A DNA stretch of 64,000 nt from Octopus sinensis (taxonomy: Eukaryota): positions 5,022,001-5,086,000 of the forward strand of contig NC_043003.1 in assembly GCF_006345805.1 (NCBI RefSeq). The letters are read 5' to 3'. This document shows positions 13,390 to 27,022 of this stretch, piece after piece (position 1 is the first letter of the stretch; each line of letters opens with the position of its first letter). A program made the position numbers and the translations under genes. The notes below the pieces were generated by a model. The model did not search any database. It saw nothing but the letters and a program-made list of their open reading frames with translations, and was not told the origin of the DNA.

Positions 13390-14250
13390 AGATGTTTTGA
13401 TGGGGATGTTCTGCTAGTTTCCCTTCCGCTGGTATTACCATACTTATTCAATAACAGGTGGATTCTCAGTTATTATTCCAGGATAGTCCTTTTTTCCGAA
13501 TGGCATTGTTTATTGTCTTTGCGACAACGTCGTTTCGCATAGAGTTGTAGTACCTTGATGTCATTTTTGGGCACCTGCTAATGACAAGTGTGATGTTCCA
13601 CAGAAATATGACAATCTACATTTCCGGTTGCATCGTGGAACTCCAAGCGCTTCACTGTCTCTCTTGTCTATTAAGTATTTAGTAGCAATCTCCTGTTCTT
13701 GGATTGCAAATGCATAGCCTTGAAAGTGTGCTGTGATGTTGTGGTCATAAGTCCAAGAAAGGTTTCACTTCATGTTACTGTTGCGCTATTCTCCAAAACT
13801 TCGAGAAACATACAAATGCTTGGTCCTCTTTTGGTATGCTGAGGGTTTCACTTTTAGGTCTTCTTTGAGTCGTGTTAGTCTGGCGGTTTTGAGTTTGTAT
13901 GGGTGGTCATCAACAAGGGAGTGTCCCCGAAGCAACGCACTGCCAACAAACAGGATATTTTCCTGTTCATTTTTCACTACTAAGCTAAGGTATATATTTT
14001 TGCTGCTTTTGTTTCGCAAGTGCTATGTGGGAGAGATTATACCACATTCGAATGTTTTTTGCACTCATCTCAAGCCGCTATCCACTTCCTGTTTTGGTGG
14101 AACCTGTCGATGTCGATATTTCTTGGGAGATTTGCAGTTGATGCCAACAACTTGCGGGTTTTCCTCTACTCACCATTCAAGTATCCCAAATATTGGAATT
14201 GTTGGAATCAGCCCAGGTACTGTAAATGCATTGTGGGATGTTGTCTTGTA
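13390..14250 (-). mobile_element. Decayed R4/Dong-like (RLE) non-LTR retrotransposon fragment, RT thumb to zinc knuckle
   Basis: Minus translation gives HNAFTVPGLIPT..FGILEW, FQGYAFAIQEQEIATKYL, RKCRL and SRYYNSMRNDVVAK across frameshifts; typical of R4-clade ORFs. Confidence 0.75.
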
Positions 14251-14499
14251 AATATGAATGTATATATATATATATTTTATATTTTATCTAGTTTCAGCTT
14301 ACGAGCTGAGGCCATGCTGAGGCACCGAGTTAATGCAAAAAAAAAAAGACAAAGGAAAAACACGAGAAAAACAAATTAGTATGATGAATCATTCCCCCAT
14401 GTTCCTGGAACACGTGGCGGAGAGAATAAAGGATCAAACAGGAACAGAAAAAGGAATGGACCCGAACCGGAAATGGACAACGAGAAAGGAAGCGGTAAA

Positions 14500-14610
14500 G
14501 GAAAGGCAGATGAGGAATTCAGTTGCTGTGGAAATTCAGGATAGGTGGTGAAGATGTACCAACGGAGAAAGAAAAACCAATAAAGAGTCTCGGCAAATGG
14601 TACACGTTGT
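14500..14610 (+). mobile_element. Short RT remnant, Hero/NeSL-like non-LTR element
   Basis: Translates as KFRIGGEDVPTEKEKPIKSLGKWYT, resembling the IPT..EKP(I/V)KSLG(K/R)WY RT motif. Confidence 0.5.
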
Positions 14611-15519
14611 TCTAGGTTCGATTTCACTATGGCGTCTAGAAATCCTTTTCAGTAGAATTTTTTGGAGAGAGACCTAATATAACAAATCGGAGGGATCATT
14701 TCTATTCTTGAGTGATAATCCAAATCATTGTGTATCGATACCGGAGTCCACTTTAGCGTAACTATGTGCGTCATATCTCTTGACTGACACATGTAAATGA
14801 GGCAATGATTGCATCTAAAAATTCCTGATCAACTGAGGATGGATTTCTGAAAATCCTCTTGACTCACCCTCATAGCTTGGTAAATGGACATAAAAAGCTA
14901 TAGATAAACGAACAATATTCATGATTTATCCCCTAAAAGAGGCGAAGGTCACCATGCACAAGGACATCACTTATCTTTTATTTCAGAGCGACTATGCACG
15001 AACCGATTTATGATTAAATACGATCCAAACGTAGCCACCACATCTATTTTCTTTTGATACGCATTGCATCGAGGACGTCATTGATTTGAGGTTGATTTCA
15101 CTCTTATTTCAGAAATCAAGCATCCAAATATAACACGTGACATCAAGCAGGCGTCGTTTTAGTTTCTGGGACGGACATTTTTAGCAAATGCTGGTGGTTG
15201 TGTAATTGTTGTTGTTGCTGTTGTTGTTGTTGTTGTTGGTGGTGGTGGGGGAATGAGATTATTGATAAAAGTGTCAAGATTGTAATGCTGCTGCCAACAG
15301 AGATGCTGCTGATGATGATGATGATGAGGAGGAGGAGGAAGAGGACGACGAGGGGAAGAAGGAGGAGAAGGATGACGACGATGAAGACGAGAATGATGAT
15401 GATGATGGTGGTGGAGGTAGTAATCAAGTGTTATGTTAATAACATGATAACAATGACAAGAAACAAAACGATAACGGAGATGATGATAATGAAAATAATA
15501 ATAATAATAATAATAATAA

Positions 15520-15657
15520 TCCTTTCTACTATAGGCACAAAGCTTGAAATTTGGGGCGGGGGGACTAGTCGATCACATCGACCCCAGTATTTCACTGGTA
15601 CTTAATTTATCGACCTCAAAAGGATGAAAAGCAAAGTCGACCTCGGCGGAATTTGAA
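15520..15657 (-). mobile_element. SINE family A, 5'-truncated, alternative tail ending in (TTA)n
   Basis: cctttctactataggcacaa...aaagtcgacctcggcggaatttgaa. Confidence 0.85.
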
Positions 15658-15733
15658 TATATGATGATGATGAAGATGATGATAATGATAATAATAATAA
15701 TAATAATAATAATAGACGTGAAATGCCATTTAC

Positions 15734-16046
15734 CTGACTGGATAGTGTTCAATGACTCTGTATGTATCAGACCTCTCCTTCATTAAACACGTCCTATTGT
15801 AAAGCATCTCTCTACTGTCCGGACACTCCCACAATCTGTGTTTGATTAAGCCTTCACATCTCTTTGTGGGAAACTCTTTATAACGCCATATTACGCCGCC
15901 ACTCACATACACCTCTTGCCTCTCCACCCATTTGGGCGGCTGACCTCGGCCGTTTAGCCACCACATTCTTGTACCCCACGGTTTCAGTTTTGCATCGTAG
16001 GACGGACTTTGGAGGTAATCTGGGAACTGGCAATCACTCCAAATTC
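15734..16046 (-). CDS. Internal coding exon (313 nt, phase 1 to phase 2) of an uncharacterised Cys/Trp-rich protein
   Basis: Acceptor tttttttttgcag|GA and donor AG|gtaaat bracket a stop-free, high-complexity frame GIWSDCQFPDYLQSP...RTCLMKERSDTYRVIEHYPV; the C-x-FP-x-x-L start resembles repeated invertebrate extracellular domains (DUF7043/APCDD1-like, tentative). Confidence 0.8.
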
Positions 16047-17289
16047 CTGCAAAAAAAAATAAAAACACAGAGAAAGATAATAATGGCCAAAACTTCTAAT
16101 GTTAGTAAACAAATCTAAAAATATACATAGTGAATTTATAAAACAATCATTTCATTTATTTCATTTACTCGTTTATTTAATTAATTATATAATTATTAGA
16201 TTAACCAATGATCTAATGAAATACCATCACCGTGGTGTTTCTTTGGCAATAGAGGCTGATGGCAAAAAAGGGTGCATACAGACAGTATGTTTACTGTGTG
16301 TCGGAGTTTTCTGACTTTCATCTTTAGATAATTGCACTCTGGTAAATATCTCTTTATGTATGTATGTATGTATGTTATAATTCGGTTCTATTTCATGATT
16401 TCTTGCCAATAGAGAAAAAGTCGGTTTCTAACCTAGATTCAAGGCTTCTTCATTAGAATTTTAATATCAACAACAGTGTATTTTTGTTTGTATGTATGCC
16501 TGCATGTATATATATGTATGTATACATGTATGTATGTATGTGTGAAGATTTGTATGTTTTGTTTTATATATGTATTCTCATGCATATAGTTGCGTATCTA
16601 GACATGCTCATATATATTTAAATGATAAACTTCTGAAAGTTTGACAGACTTTTACAGTTCCAGTGATGGATTGGATCTGTAGGCTTCGAATCAGCTTTCG
16701 CCTTTCTGGTTTTCAGAAACCTAATTTCTCAAGATGTATGTATGTATGTATGTATGTATGTATGTATGTATGTATGTGAAGCAATTCTGAGAGATATTTG
16801 ACAACTGTCATTTCAAAAACAAATAAAACAATAAAAACATAAAGAAGACTTGACATTTATGACAGCAATTATTGAAAAATTTATAATATAAATACATACA
16901 GGTCTGTTAATATCTCCTTCAGTTTTCTAATTTTTATGTGTGCGCGCGAGTGTGTGTGTGTGTGTGTGAATGTATAAGCCATAAAATGTGAGGAGGTACG
17001 AGAGATGAAGATACCAATTAACCCATTTGATATCCTTAAGGTCATGGCTGGAATGACATCTAATTGTTTATATATTTCTCATAAAGTTATTTTTATTGAT
17101 CAGTTCATCTGGGTTTCAGCTGCATGGACACTTTGATTTGTGTTTCTCTGTATTGGACTACTATTGGACACACGATTCTCTGAATCCATACTTTAAACTA
17201 AACTACTATATATATATATATATATATATACAAACACACACACAAATATATATATATATACACACAAGCAAATATAAATATAACACAAC

Positions 17290-17328
<39 letters not shown>

Positions 17329-17346
17329 ACGCACACAAATAAAATA

Positions 17347-17394
<48 letters not shown>

Positions 17395-18096
17395 AACAAG
17401 CACACAAATATATATATATACATATATATATATACACATGTATTGTACATATACATATATAAGAGATAATGGTGTCATTGAGACCCAAAGGTGTCAGGTA
17501 ATGCTGAATAAGTGTTATAGACAGACCATAGTTAAGTTCCAGATTCGGTAATATTGCGAATAAAGGGTTAAACGTTGGTTCTATGTCAGTGTGTGTATAT
17601 AAGAAATGTTTGCGTACTAAGATAAAAAACCAAGGCTGGATAGATATTAGAACATTTATAGAAATGCTCTAATATCTTATTACGCAAAAAATTCTTATAT
17701 ACATATACATATATATATATATTTTCATGAATTGAACAGAGACTGGTACCAACCACTGACCATTCAAAATACTACTATCATGGAACTCCAAAATTCGTCT
17801 TCTTCCCCTTCTCCTCCTCCTTCTTTTTCTTCCCTACCAAGAATTCACAACGACCTCGAACCCACAAGAGTAAACAAAAGACACAGAGACAGGCAGAAAC
17901 AAGGAAAATGCCACTTGCATTTGAACACTATACAAATATTCTTTTAAAAAATAATTTTCTTTTAATTTTTCTAAATTTAATTATCTAATTGTTACTGTTG
18001 AAAAAGACTTAATGACTGAAACCGGTACTGAAATGTTTTTTCTAAAATTATTTTAGCATTTTCTATCTTGACTTTTCTTTCCATATATATATATAT

Positions 18097-18127
<31 letters not shown>

Positions 18128-18144
18128 ATATATATATATATTAG

Positions 18145-18192
<48 letters not shown>

Positions 18193-18193
18193 C

Positions 18194-18231
<38 letters not shown>

Positions 18232-18234
<3 letters not shown>

Positions 18235-18577
18235 TAAAGACCTCCTTCGGTCATAAATGAGCATGAGATTGCACCTCCAAGTTCCCTTCCATGGTACAGT
18301 TGGGGGAGTAATGTTGTTTATGAAAGACCAGCAGTCACCCATACAACCAGCCTCCTCTCTCCATGCCACAGATGTTGTCCAAAGGGAAAAAAAAGAGGCG
18401 CCGATAACGTTTGGCACCAGTGACGTGGCAACTTATTTCTACAGCTGTGTGGACTGGAGCAACGTAAAAATAAAGTGTCTTGCTCAAGAACACAACACAC
18501 AACCCGGTCCGGAGATCGAACTCACTACCTGAGAATTGTGAGCTCGACGCTCTAACTACATGGCCATGTGCCTTCAC
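18232..18577 (-). mobile_element. tRNA-derived SINE family C with CORE-like domain
   Basis: Minus: gtgaaggcacatggccatgtagttagagcg...gagttcgatctcc...ttcttgagcaagacacttt; abuts (TA)n. Confidence 0.75.
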
Positions 18578-19149
18578 ATATATCTATATATGTGTGTAAG
18601 TACATGTGTGTAGGTATGTATGTGTCTCTAAACATGCATACATACATTCTAAACTTCTGAATATCTGTAGGCATGTCTAGAAACTCGGCAGGTTACCATG
18701 CAGAGAATTATTCTCTAGAAACAGCGATAGACATGACAATATTTCGAGGATACGCAACACAATAATTTATTAACATAAAACTGAATATACACTTCGCAAA
18801 GCATAGGGATGTTCGGATTGGAAAATGCAGTAAAGTAAGTGTTACTGCGAACAATACGCTGGTAGAATATTATGATTAATCGAACAGGTGTTGCGTATTT
18901 ATTTTGTTTTTAATCTTTCATATAATCGATCACAAGGTCAGTTGCATGCAGGCTTAGATCCTATAAAACCGGATATGAAATCCTGTTTAAATTAAAAATG
19001 ACAAATAGAGTTTGAAGTCTACACACATTCAGTACACGGCTGTCTTGCGTGCTTAAAAAAAAAATTAAGTGTGTGTTTGTTTGCGTGTGCGTACGTGCGT
19101 GCGTGCGTGTGTGTGTGGGGGGGTATATGAATGCATAAGACTAAAGATA

Positions 19150-19310
19150 TAAGTATACATATATACATATGTGAGTGTGTGTATATATATGTATATATAT
19201 GTGTGTGTGTATGAAAGAAAATATATATACATATAAATGTATATATGTGTGCATATACATCTATATATATATATGTATATACATATATATATATGTATGT
19301 ATGTATATAC

Positions 19311-19373
<63 letters not shown>

Positions 19374-19639
19374 CATATATATATATATGTATGTATATAC
19401 ATATACATATATATATACATATATATATGTATGTATATACATATATATATATACATATATATATATGTATGTATATACATATATATATATATATACATAT
19501 ATATATATGTATATACATTATATATATATGTATGTATATACATATATATATATATACATATATATATATGTATGTATATACATATATATATATAATATAT
19601 ATATATTATGTATATACATATATATATATAGTATATACA

Positions 19640-19670
<31 letters not shown>

Positions 19671-19765
19671 GTATGTGTATACATATACATATATGTATGT
19701 ATATACATATATATATATATATATACATATATATATGTATGTATATACATATATATACATAAACA

Positions 19766-19801
<36 letters not shown>

Positions 19802-20229
19802 TGTATGTATGTACGTATGTGTATAACTAATCGGCACTGCATATCCTCGTCCAATATAAGTTCAGTTGTCAAATGCAATATCAAACTTGATGACCGGGTT
19901 AATATCGTTCACAAAATTGATGGGAGGTAATTGGCCTGCCGTACGGCGCTATTCCGAGACTCTCGCTATAAAACAAACGCTGTGTACGACGATGACACAC
20001 CAAGCAATACATACTACCTGCATACATACATATTTGCATATATGCATTACATACATACATACACACAGCCAGGTAGTTGTGTCTTACGCTGTGTGTGTGT
20101 GTGTGTGTGTGTGTGCGTGCGCGATTCTGTACGTATATTTAAACAAACATACATGCTCAATATATGATATCCCCACATGCAATATATCATATATGACAGG
20201 TAAAAATGTATGACTAGACACATACACAA

Positions 20230-20299
<70 letters not shown>

Positions 20300-20337
20300 C
20301 AGGAGAGCGAAAGATAGATAGATATACATGTATATCA

Positions 20338-20369
<32 letters not shown>

Positions 20370-20791
20370 GTGTGTATATATGCGTGTGTGTATATATGCG
20401 TGTGTGTGTGTGTGTGCGTGTTAAATAAAGCAACGTTGCATGATACAATTTCAATATCGGTAATTTCTATCTAAGCGACACCAGCTTCTATCAATCCATA
20501 CCTCGATCAATAGGGAAACATTATCTACGAAATATTCCTCTCGCAGACACACACACACACACACACACCTGTACACATAATAACACCCTCCTACCCGCCA
20601 ACATCGAAACCCATATACGCCCGCGCACACACACATACACACACTCAAAGCCACACAAATAAGAATTTACCTTGCTAGATGTCACTTTTAAATTCAGCGA
20701 AACATATGTGTACATGCGTGTATATACATACAGAAATACACAAATACAAATACCTATACGTATACATATATGTATATATATGTTATATGTA

Positions 20792-20835
<44 letters not shown>

Positions 20836-21078
20836 TATATTATATATGTATATTTATATATATATATATGTATATATATATATGTATATATAATATATAT
20901 ATATGTATATTTATATATATATATGTATATATGTATATATATGTATATATGTAAATATATGTATATGTATATATATGTATATATTTATATATATATATAT
21001 GTATATATATATGTATATATATGTATGTATGTATATATATATATGTATATATATGTTATATATATATATGTATGTATG

Positions 21079-21109
<31 letters not shown>

Positions 21110-21155
21110 GTATATATATATATTTATATGTAATACATATATATATATTATATGT

Positions 21156-21200
<45 letters not shown>
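19150..21200. repeat. Compound (TA)n/(TACA)n microsatellite field
   Basis: Several hundred-bp degenerate TA/TATG arrays; similar fields at 1290-1800, 41400-41780, 50000-50270 and elsewhere. Confidence 0.95.
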
Positions 21201-21205
<5 letters not shown>

Positions 21206-21622
21206 CTATGTATTTGTGTAGGTGGTATCTTTTGTAATTTGAATATGTCTATACATTTATATATATACACACACACACAAACACAGAGTCTATGCGTAGT
21301 TTGTCAAACGTTGAATTTAAAACGAACTCTGAAGGCAAATTTCTCTCTAATATATAATTTATGTAATAAAATAATATATCAAGTCTTGACGTTGCTTCTG
21401 GATTTTAATCTTTTATTTCGTTGGTTGTGGTTTGTTCTATCTTCGAGTCTCTTTACCTGTAATTTTTTTATAAATCCTTCATCAATCTTTCCGAATGTTA
21501 CTGTTACCATGGCGTATTCTGAACATCACACGAAGTATTACATGCCGAGACACTCTCATAGCATACATACCTGTATAAACATTTATGTTTGTGCGTGTTT
21601 GTGTATGTGTATATATATATAC

Positions 21623-21723
<101 letters not shown>

Positions 21724-21777
21724 CATATGTGTGTGAGAGCACGTGTGTGTAGTCATAATACATGTACATATATATAA

Positions 21778-21830
<53 letters not shown>

Positions 21831-21869
21831 GTACTTATATATTTACGTAGGTAGAGTGATGAAGAATGA

Positions 21870-22170
21870 CTGAGCAAAGTAGAACAGTGAAGAAGAATAT
21901 AAAATTGAGGATAGGAGAGAGTGAGAAAGAGGGAGAGCGAAAAAGAAAGGGAAGAAGAGGAAGGAGAAAAGGAAGAAGAGGAAAGAGAAAAAGGAGGAAG
22001 AAGAAACAGAAGAAAAGAGGAAGAGGGAGAAGGAGAGGAAGAAGGAAAAGAAGAGGAAACAGGAAAAAGAGGAAGAAGGAAAAAGGAGAAGAGGAAGGAG
22101 AAGAGGAAGAAGAAGAGGAAGAAGATGGAAGAAGAAGAGGAAGAAGAAGAGGAAGAAGAATAGGAAGAAG
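21870..22170 (+). repeat. (GAA/GGA)n polypurine tract
   Basis: About 300 bp almost purely A/G. Confidence 0.9.
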
Positions 22171-22473
22171 CGTGTACTGCCTCTTAAACATGTTTAATAT
22201 TCACCTGAACTTCCTTCCTCTGTTTGCCACAAAGGCAATGTTTGATGCGGACATTCCACAGGCATACCTGAAAAATGTGGATTTGATACCCACTGGAATG
22301 CGTAAAACAGTGGGAGATTATAGAGAAGGAGCTAAAGATCTCCCTATGAGGGAAAGAGCCTTCCTTGGTAAAGCCAAGCCCTTTAGAGATCACGGATTCT
22401 CCAAAAACCCAAGGGGAAAATGACATCTCTTATCTGTGCGTCTCCATCTACAGCCCTTCCTCTGCATTCCCAG

Positions 22474-22678
22474 CGGCGGGCGAAATGCGTAGCCGTATTT
22501 GGTCTGCCGTTACGTTCTCTGTTCAAATTCCACCGAGGTCGACTTTGCCTTTCATTCTTTCGGCGTTGATAAATTAAGTACCAGTTACGCACTGGGGTCG
22601 ATGTAATCGACTTAATCCGTTTGTCTGTCATTGTTTAAATCTTCTGTTTGTAGCCCCTTGTGGGTAGTAAAGAAATAG
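22474..22678 (+). mobile_element. SINE family A, slightly 5'-truncated
   Basis: gggcgaaatgcgtagccgtatt...gtgggtagtaaagaaata. Confidence 0.85.
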
Positions 22679-24018
22679 ATTTTTGCTGTTGTTAAAGTGT
22701 TAACCGAAAATGAAGCAATCTGTTTCTTTAGCCCTTTCCATCTTGTCCACAATATAAGCTCTTTGGCCATGGCCGCAAAGTTAAAAATAATTTTCTGTCT
22801 TTGCAGGCCGTAAAAGGTCGTGCGGCATTCCTCACATTTTCACTCGGCTGCTGACCATGTCTGTCTTATATGTGACAACAGATGTTCAGTAATACCACTT
22901 AATTTAACAATGATCCGACACAGTGTATGTGTGGGCAAAACGGTTTTATCACTCTTTGTGCATCTAGGACAAGCGTAATTAACAACAGCTATCCGCTAAA
23001 CAGGCAATTCTACACAGCGGTACTGTCATGACAAAAATTTATAAGGACTCTTTAGTACCCAGGTTAATGAATTTCTCTGGAATTGTATTTTCAAATAATT
23101 TTTGTAGACGGCTAGATTAACACCGAGGTTGTCATCATCCTTGTTCAATGATAAACCTCGACAGAATGCAAGGACTATCTTAGCGCTAATCCAGTAATTA
23201 TTGGCTACCTGATGTTATCATATACTGGAAATGTTCCCGCTGTATGTCACCGATTTAATATAAGTGTAAAAATATGTCGAAACAATTGTAGTGAGTTTAA
23301 ACAAAGAATGGCGTTCATTGCGTTTTCTATTATTTATCTGTGTATATGTGTGTGCGCGCGTGCGTATATGTGCGGTGTGTATGTGTGCGTGTGTGTGATT
23401 TCATGTGAAGTCATGTTTACCACGTTCGATTGTATTCGGCCTTTGTAAGACCAATCGTTATAGGAATAGTCCCGGGGAAGGTGGAGTTTCCCCACCTCAA
23501 CTTGTGCAAATACACATTTTATTTTGTGCCGCGTGAGTAGGGCACACGCTTTTCGGGGTCGTTCCGCTTCGTCGGGTACGAACATTAACTCGTAGCACGA
23601 AGGTTTCTACTTCGGTGCATGAACCCGTATGTTAGTCTGGTCACAGACATATTGTATGTGTGAAAAATTAATTGTGACGTCAGTTCATAAAATATCGACA
23701 CAAAGCTAAGTCAGAGGATGTACATTGTCAAAATTACAACAGTAAGGGGATACAAAGTATGAGAAGGGGTCAGTTTACACTTGGAAAGTCAGTCGCTATG
23801 AAATATTTAGACAATCTCCTTCAGATCTGTGTGTGTATGTCTTTGTGTATGTGTATGTGTGTGTACGCGCGCGTCTACGTGTGCATGTGTGTGTGCGTGT
23901 TTGAGAGTATAAATGTTTGTAAACCTACGCAGTACTTACCAATATGTCAAATCTACTTATTTTTTCGCTGATTGAACTAAAAAGATTGACAACCGTAATC
24001 GATAGCCACACATAACTC

Positions 24019-24076
<58 letters not shown>

Positions 24077-24703
24077 TTTGATACTTTGATACTTTGATAG
24101 GTTTCGGCCATTATTGGCCCAGGCCATGTCTAACTTAATAGCACCACCATATATATATATATTCATTTAATATACATAGATACATACATGTATAAGTATC
24201 TATATACTATCAAATGGTTTTATATATTTACGAAAACACCCTAACGGACATATTCACGAAGGGAATAAACGAAAGGGAGACAATACTATATCTGTCTATT
24301 TACAGACACCTCTGCAATGTATATACACTGCGTATAATGCATATACATAATGTAGATTTATATTTAGTTATTTCTTTCTCTAAAGCTGTCTCGCTGCAAA
24401 TTATTTCTATCAAAAACCAACGAGTGAAAAATAAACAAATCATGGAACGTAGAGCGTAGATTCGCCATTTTGGAAATGAAGCTGCTTTCACAGACGCCGG
24501 TGTAATGTGATAACGTTAGACAGAGATTTAAATAAGTCCTGGATAATAATACAAGTCTTTGGTAATTGCATGTCTGCAATTTTCGTTATTGATGAAGACT
24601 AAAATATATTACGCAAATATAAAACACATTTTCATTCTTCCTTCTATGAGAAAATTAAAATCCATTTTCGTCCGAATGAAAAATCTAATGTGTATTTTCT
24701 AAT

Positions 24704-24749
<46 letters not shown>

Positions 24750-25094
24750 TTATTTATTTATACACACACATGTATACAGAGAGTGTGTGAGAGAGAGAGA
24801 GAGAGATAGATATCTACGTACATGTATTTGCGTATAGGGGACGGTCTAGTTACATGTTTATATATGGATGGATGACGCTATAGTATAAATGCGTGTGTTT
24901 ATATGAAGGTGTAATTTTAAGTTTGTTACGAGAAGTAATGTATTGTTTCTTTTCGCGATTTAAATTAATCTCGCAGGTAAACGACAAACGTTCATTTCGT
25001 TTACATATCTCTTCGCACATGCAAACATGTAGTGGTGTATATTTAATAAACAACTGCTACTTCAAGCCATTCAAAGACATGCATACACACAGTC

Positions 25095-25260
25095 GTAGGC
25101 GTGCCTGTGTGGTGAGAAGTTTGATTGCTAACCGCATGGTTGCAGATTCAGTTCCACTGCGTGGTAACTTGAGGAAGTTATTTCTACAATAGCCTCCAGC
25201 CCGCGACATACTTGTATTCGGATTTGATGGACGCAAACTGAAAGTAACCTGTCGTATATG
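25095..25260 (+). mobile_element. SINE family B, 5' part
   Basis: ggcgtgcctgtgtggtgagaag...gcaaactgaaagtaacctgtcgtat. Confidence 0.65.
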
Positions 25261-25396
25261 TATGTGTGTCTGTATATATGTGTGCGTCTATGTGTGCAGT
25301 TTAATGAACGAAACAAGGAAAAAACAAAACAATAAAAAGATATATACGTTTATGGATGTGTATGTATACACATGTACGAGTATAGTAACTTTGATG

Positions 25397-25480
<84 letters not shown>

Positions 25481-25559
25481 CATATTATATATTGAATATA
25501 ATATATTTTTTCTGTAGTTTCAGCTCAGAGCTGCGGCCATGCAATGCACCGCCGTTTTG

Positions 25560-26460
25560 CTACACTGTTATTACTGAGAGCCTCCTCCAAACTGTGGCAC
25601 TTGGTGAAGAATATAGTTTGATATAGCTACCCTCATTTGCACCTCTTGCCTTGATGTAGGGTCATCTGGGAATCTCGACAGAAAGAGAGTCCAGGTTTGA
25701 TTTAAAAACGCCTACATCTACTTTGTGCAAACATAGACAGCTCTATTATGTGATCCGAGACGAATGTCGGCGTCACTTTCACACCATGAATGATGTCCAT
25801 ATTGTTCGTGAAGCAGAGATCCAGAATTTTATTCACCCTAGTTGGTCTGAGTACAGCTTGCTCCATGAATACGACATTGGTGTGCTTGACTTGACTTGAC
25901 ACAGCATTCACCCGGGGTGGGTTGAGCTGGCTTCATTCATCCTCAATGCTGCATCTCTCACAAACGTCGACCAGACCTGGCGATTTCAGGCTAACGACCA
26001 CGTGATCTCCAACAACTCCCTATTTAAGCGGCGAACGCCGTAGACATGGGGGCCTAGGTTGGGTTCCAGATCAGCCTTGACCATCACCAGCCTGTCCTTG
26101 CTTTCAATGAGTCATTCCTGAGAGTATGAGACCTTCGGGCCATTTGACGTTGGGGAAGTCGAAATCACCCAAAAGAAATATGGTCACGTGGTGTTCCAGT
26201 TTCATGAGGATTTCTTAAATAAATATTTGTGAGGCAATCTTCAAACTTGCCTATGTGGTTTGGAGCGTCCGGTGGCCAATATGTATTGCACCTGACTATA
26301 TTATACTGTCTTATGTATACAATTAGAGTGTCACATACCGAATTTGTGTATGAAAGTAAGACCTGGGTTATGAGGTCGTCACGGATGTATACAGCAACTC
26401 CACCATGGCTCCTTCCCCTTCTGTCTTTTCGCAGTATGGCATAGTTTGGTACGTGTACTA
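25560..26460 (-). mobile_element. Internally deleted CR1/L2-type LINE: AP endonuclease joined directly to the ORF2 C-terminus and 3' UTR
   Basis: RKDRRGRSHGGVAVYI, YWPPD, GDFDFPNVKW, PTR..KILDLCF and SDH motifs, followed at ~25720 by VDVGVFKSNLDSL...PDDP..RVAISN..LHQ. Confidence 0.8.
25885..26097 (-). mobile_element. RTE-type LINE 3' end nested in the endonuclease region
   Basis: Minus: VKADLEPNLGPHVYGVRR...NRQVWSTFVRDA then a (CAAGT)n tandem tail. Confidence 0.65.
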
Positions 26461-26469
26461 CATATATAT

Positions 26470-26498
26470 GTCTGTATGTATTTATATATATATATATA

Positions 26499-26530
<32 letters not shown>

Positions 26531-26719
26531 GTATGTATGCATATACGCCACACGTATATGTAAATAATTATATCTAAACGTATATATATATATAATGATA
26601 TATATATGCATATATATACACCTGTATTACATAATTACATCTAAACGTATATATATATATATAAATGATATGTATATGCATATATATACACCTATATGTA
26701 CATAATTACATCTATACGT

Positions 26720-26764
<45 letters not shown>

Positions 26765-26953
26765 GTATGTATGCATATACGCCACACGTATATGTAAATA
26801 ATTATATCTAAACGTATATATATATATAAATGATATATATATGCATATATATACACCTGTATGTACATAATTACATCTAAACGTATATATATATATATAA
26901 ATGATATGTATATGCATATATATACACCTATATGTACATAATTACATCTATAC

Positions 26954-26992
<39 letters not shown>

Positions 26993-27022
26993 ATTACATC
27001 TATACGTATATATATATATATA
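26470..27022. repeat. Hierarchical minisatellite (~60-bp subunits in a ~235-bp higher-order repeat) with (TA)n spacers
   Basis: atacgtatgtatgcatatacgccacacg at ~26527 and ~26761; acataattacatcta repeated several times. Confidence 0.9.

Noticed and set aside
14650-14814. Phase-compatible next exon on the minus strand (CNHCLIYMCQSRDMTHIVTLKW...)
   Set aside because: Short acceptor tract and no good donor; a frame this short is expected by chance
21866-22423. 185-aa Arg/Lys-rich protamine-like ORF
   Set aside because: Mostly a (GAA/GGA)n tract; the complex C-terminal 70 aa match nothing I recognise and splice signals are unconvincing
24095-24130. GGCCA-hairpin-GAAAC (-)
   Set aside because: No CUGANGA core
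26470-27022. CRISPR-like repeat/spacer appearance
   Set aside because: Spacers are (TA)n, the context is eukaryotic, and there are no cas genes
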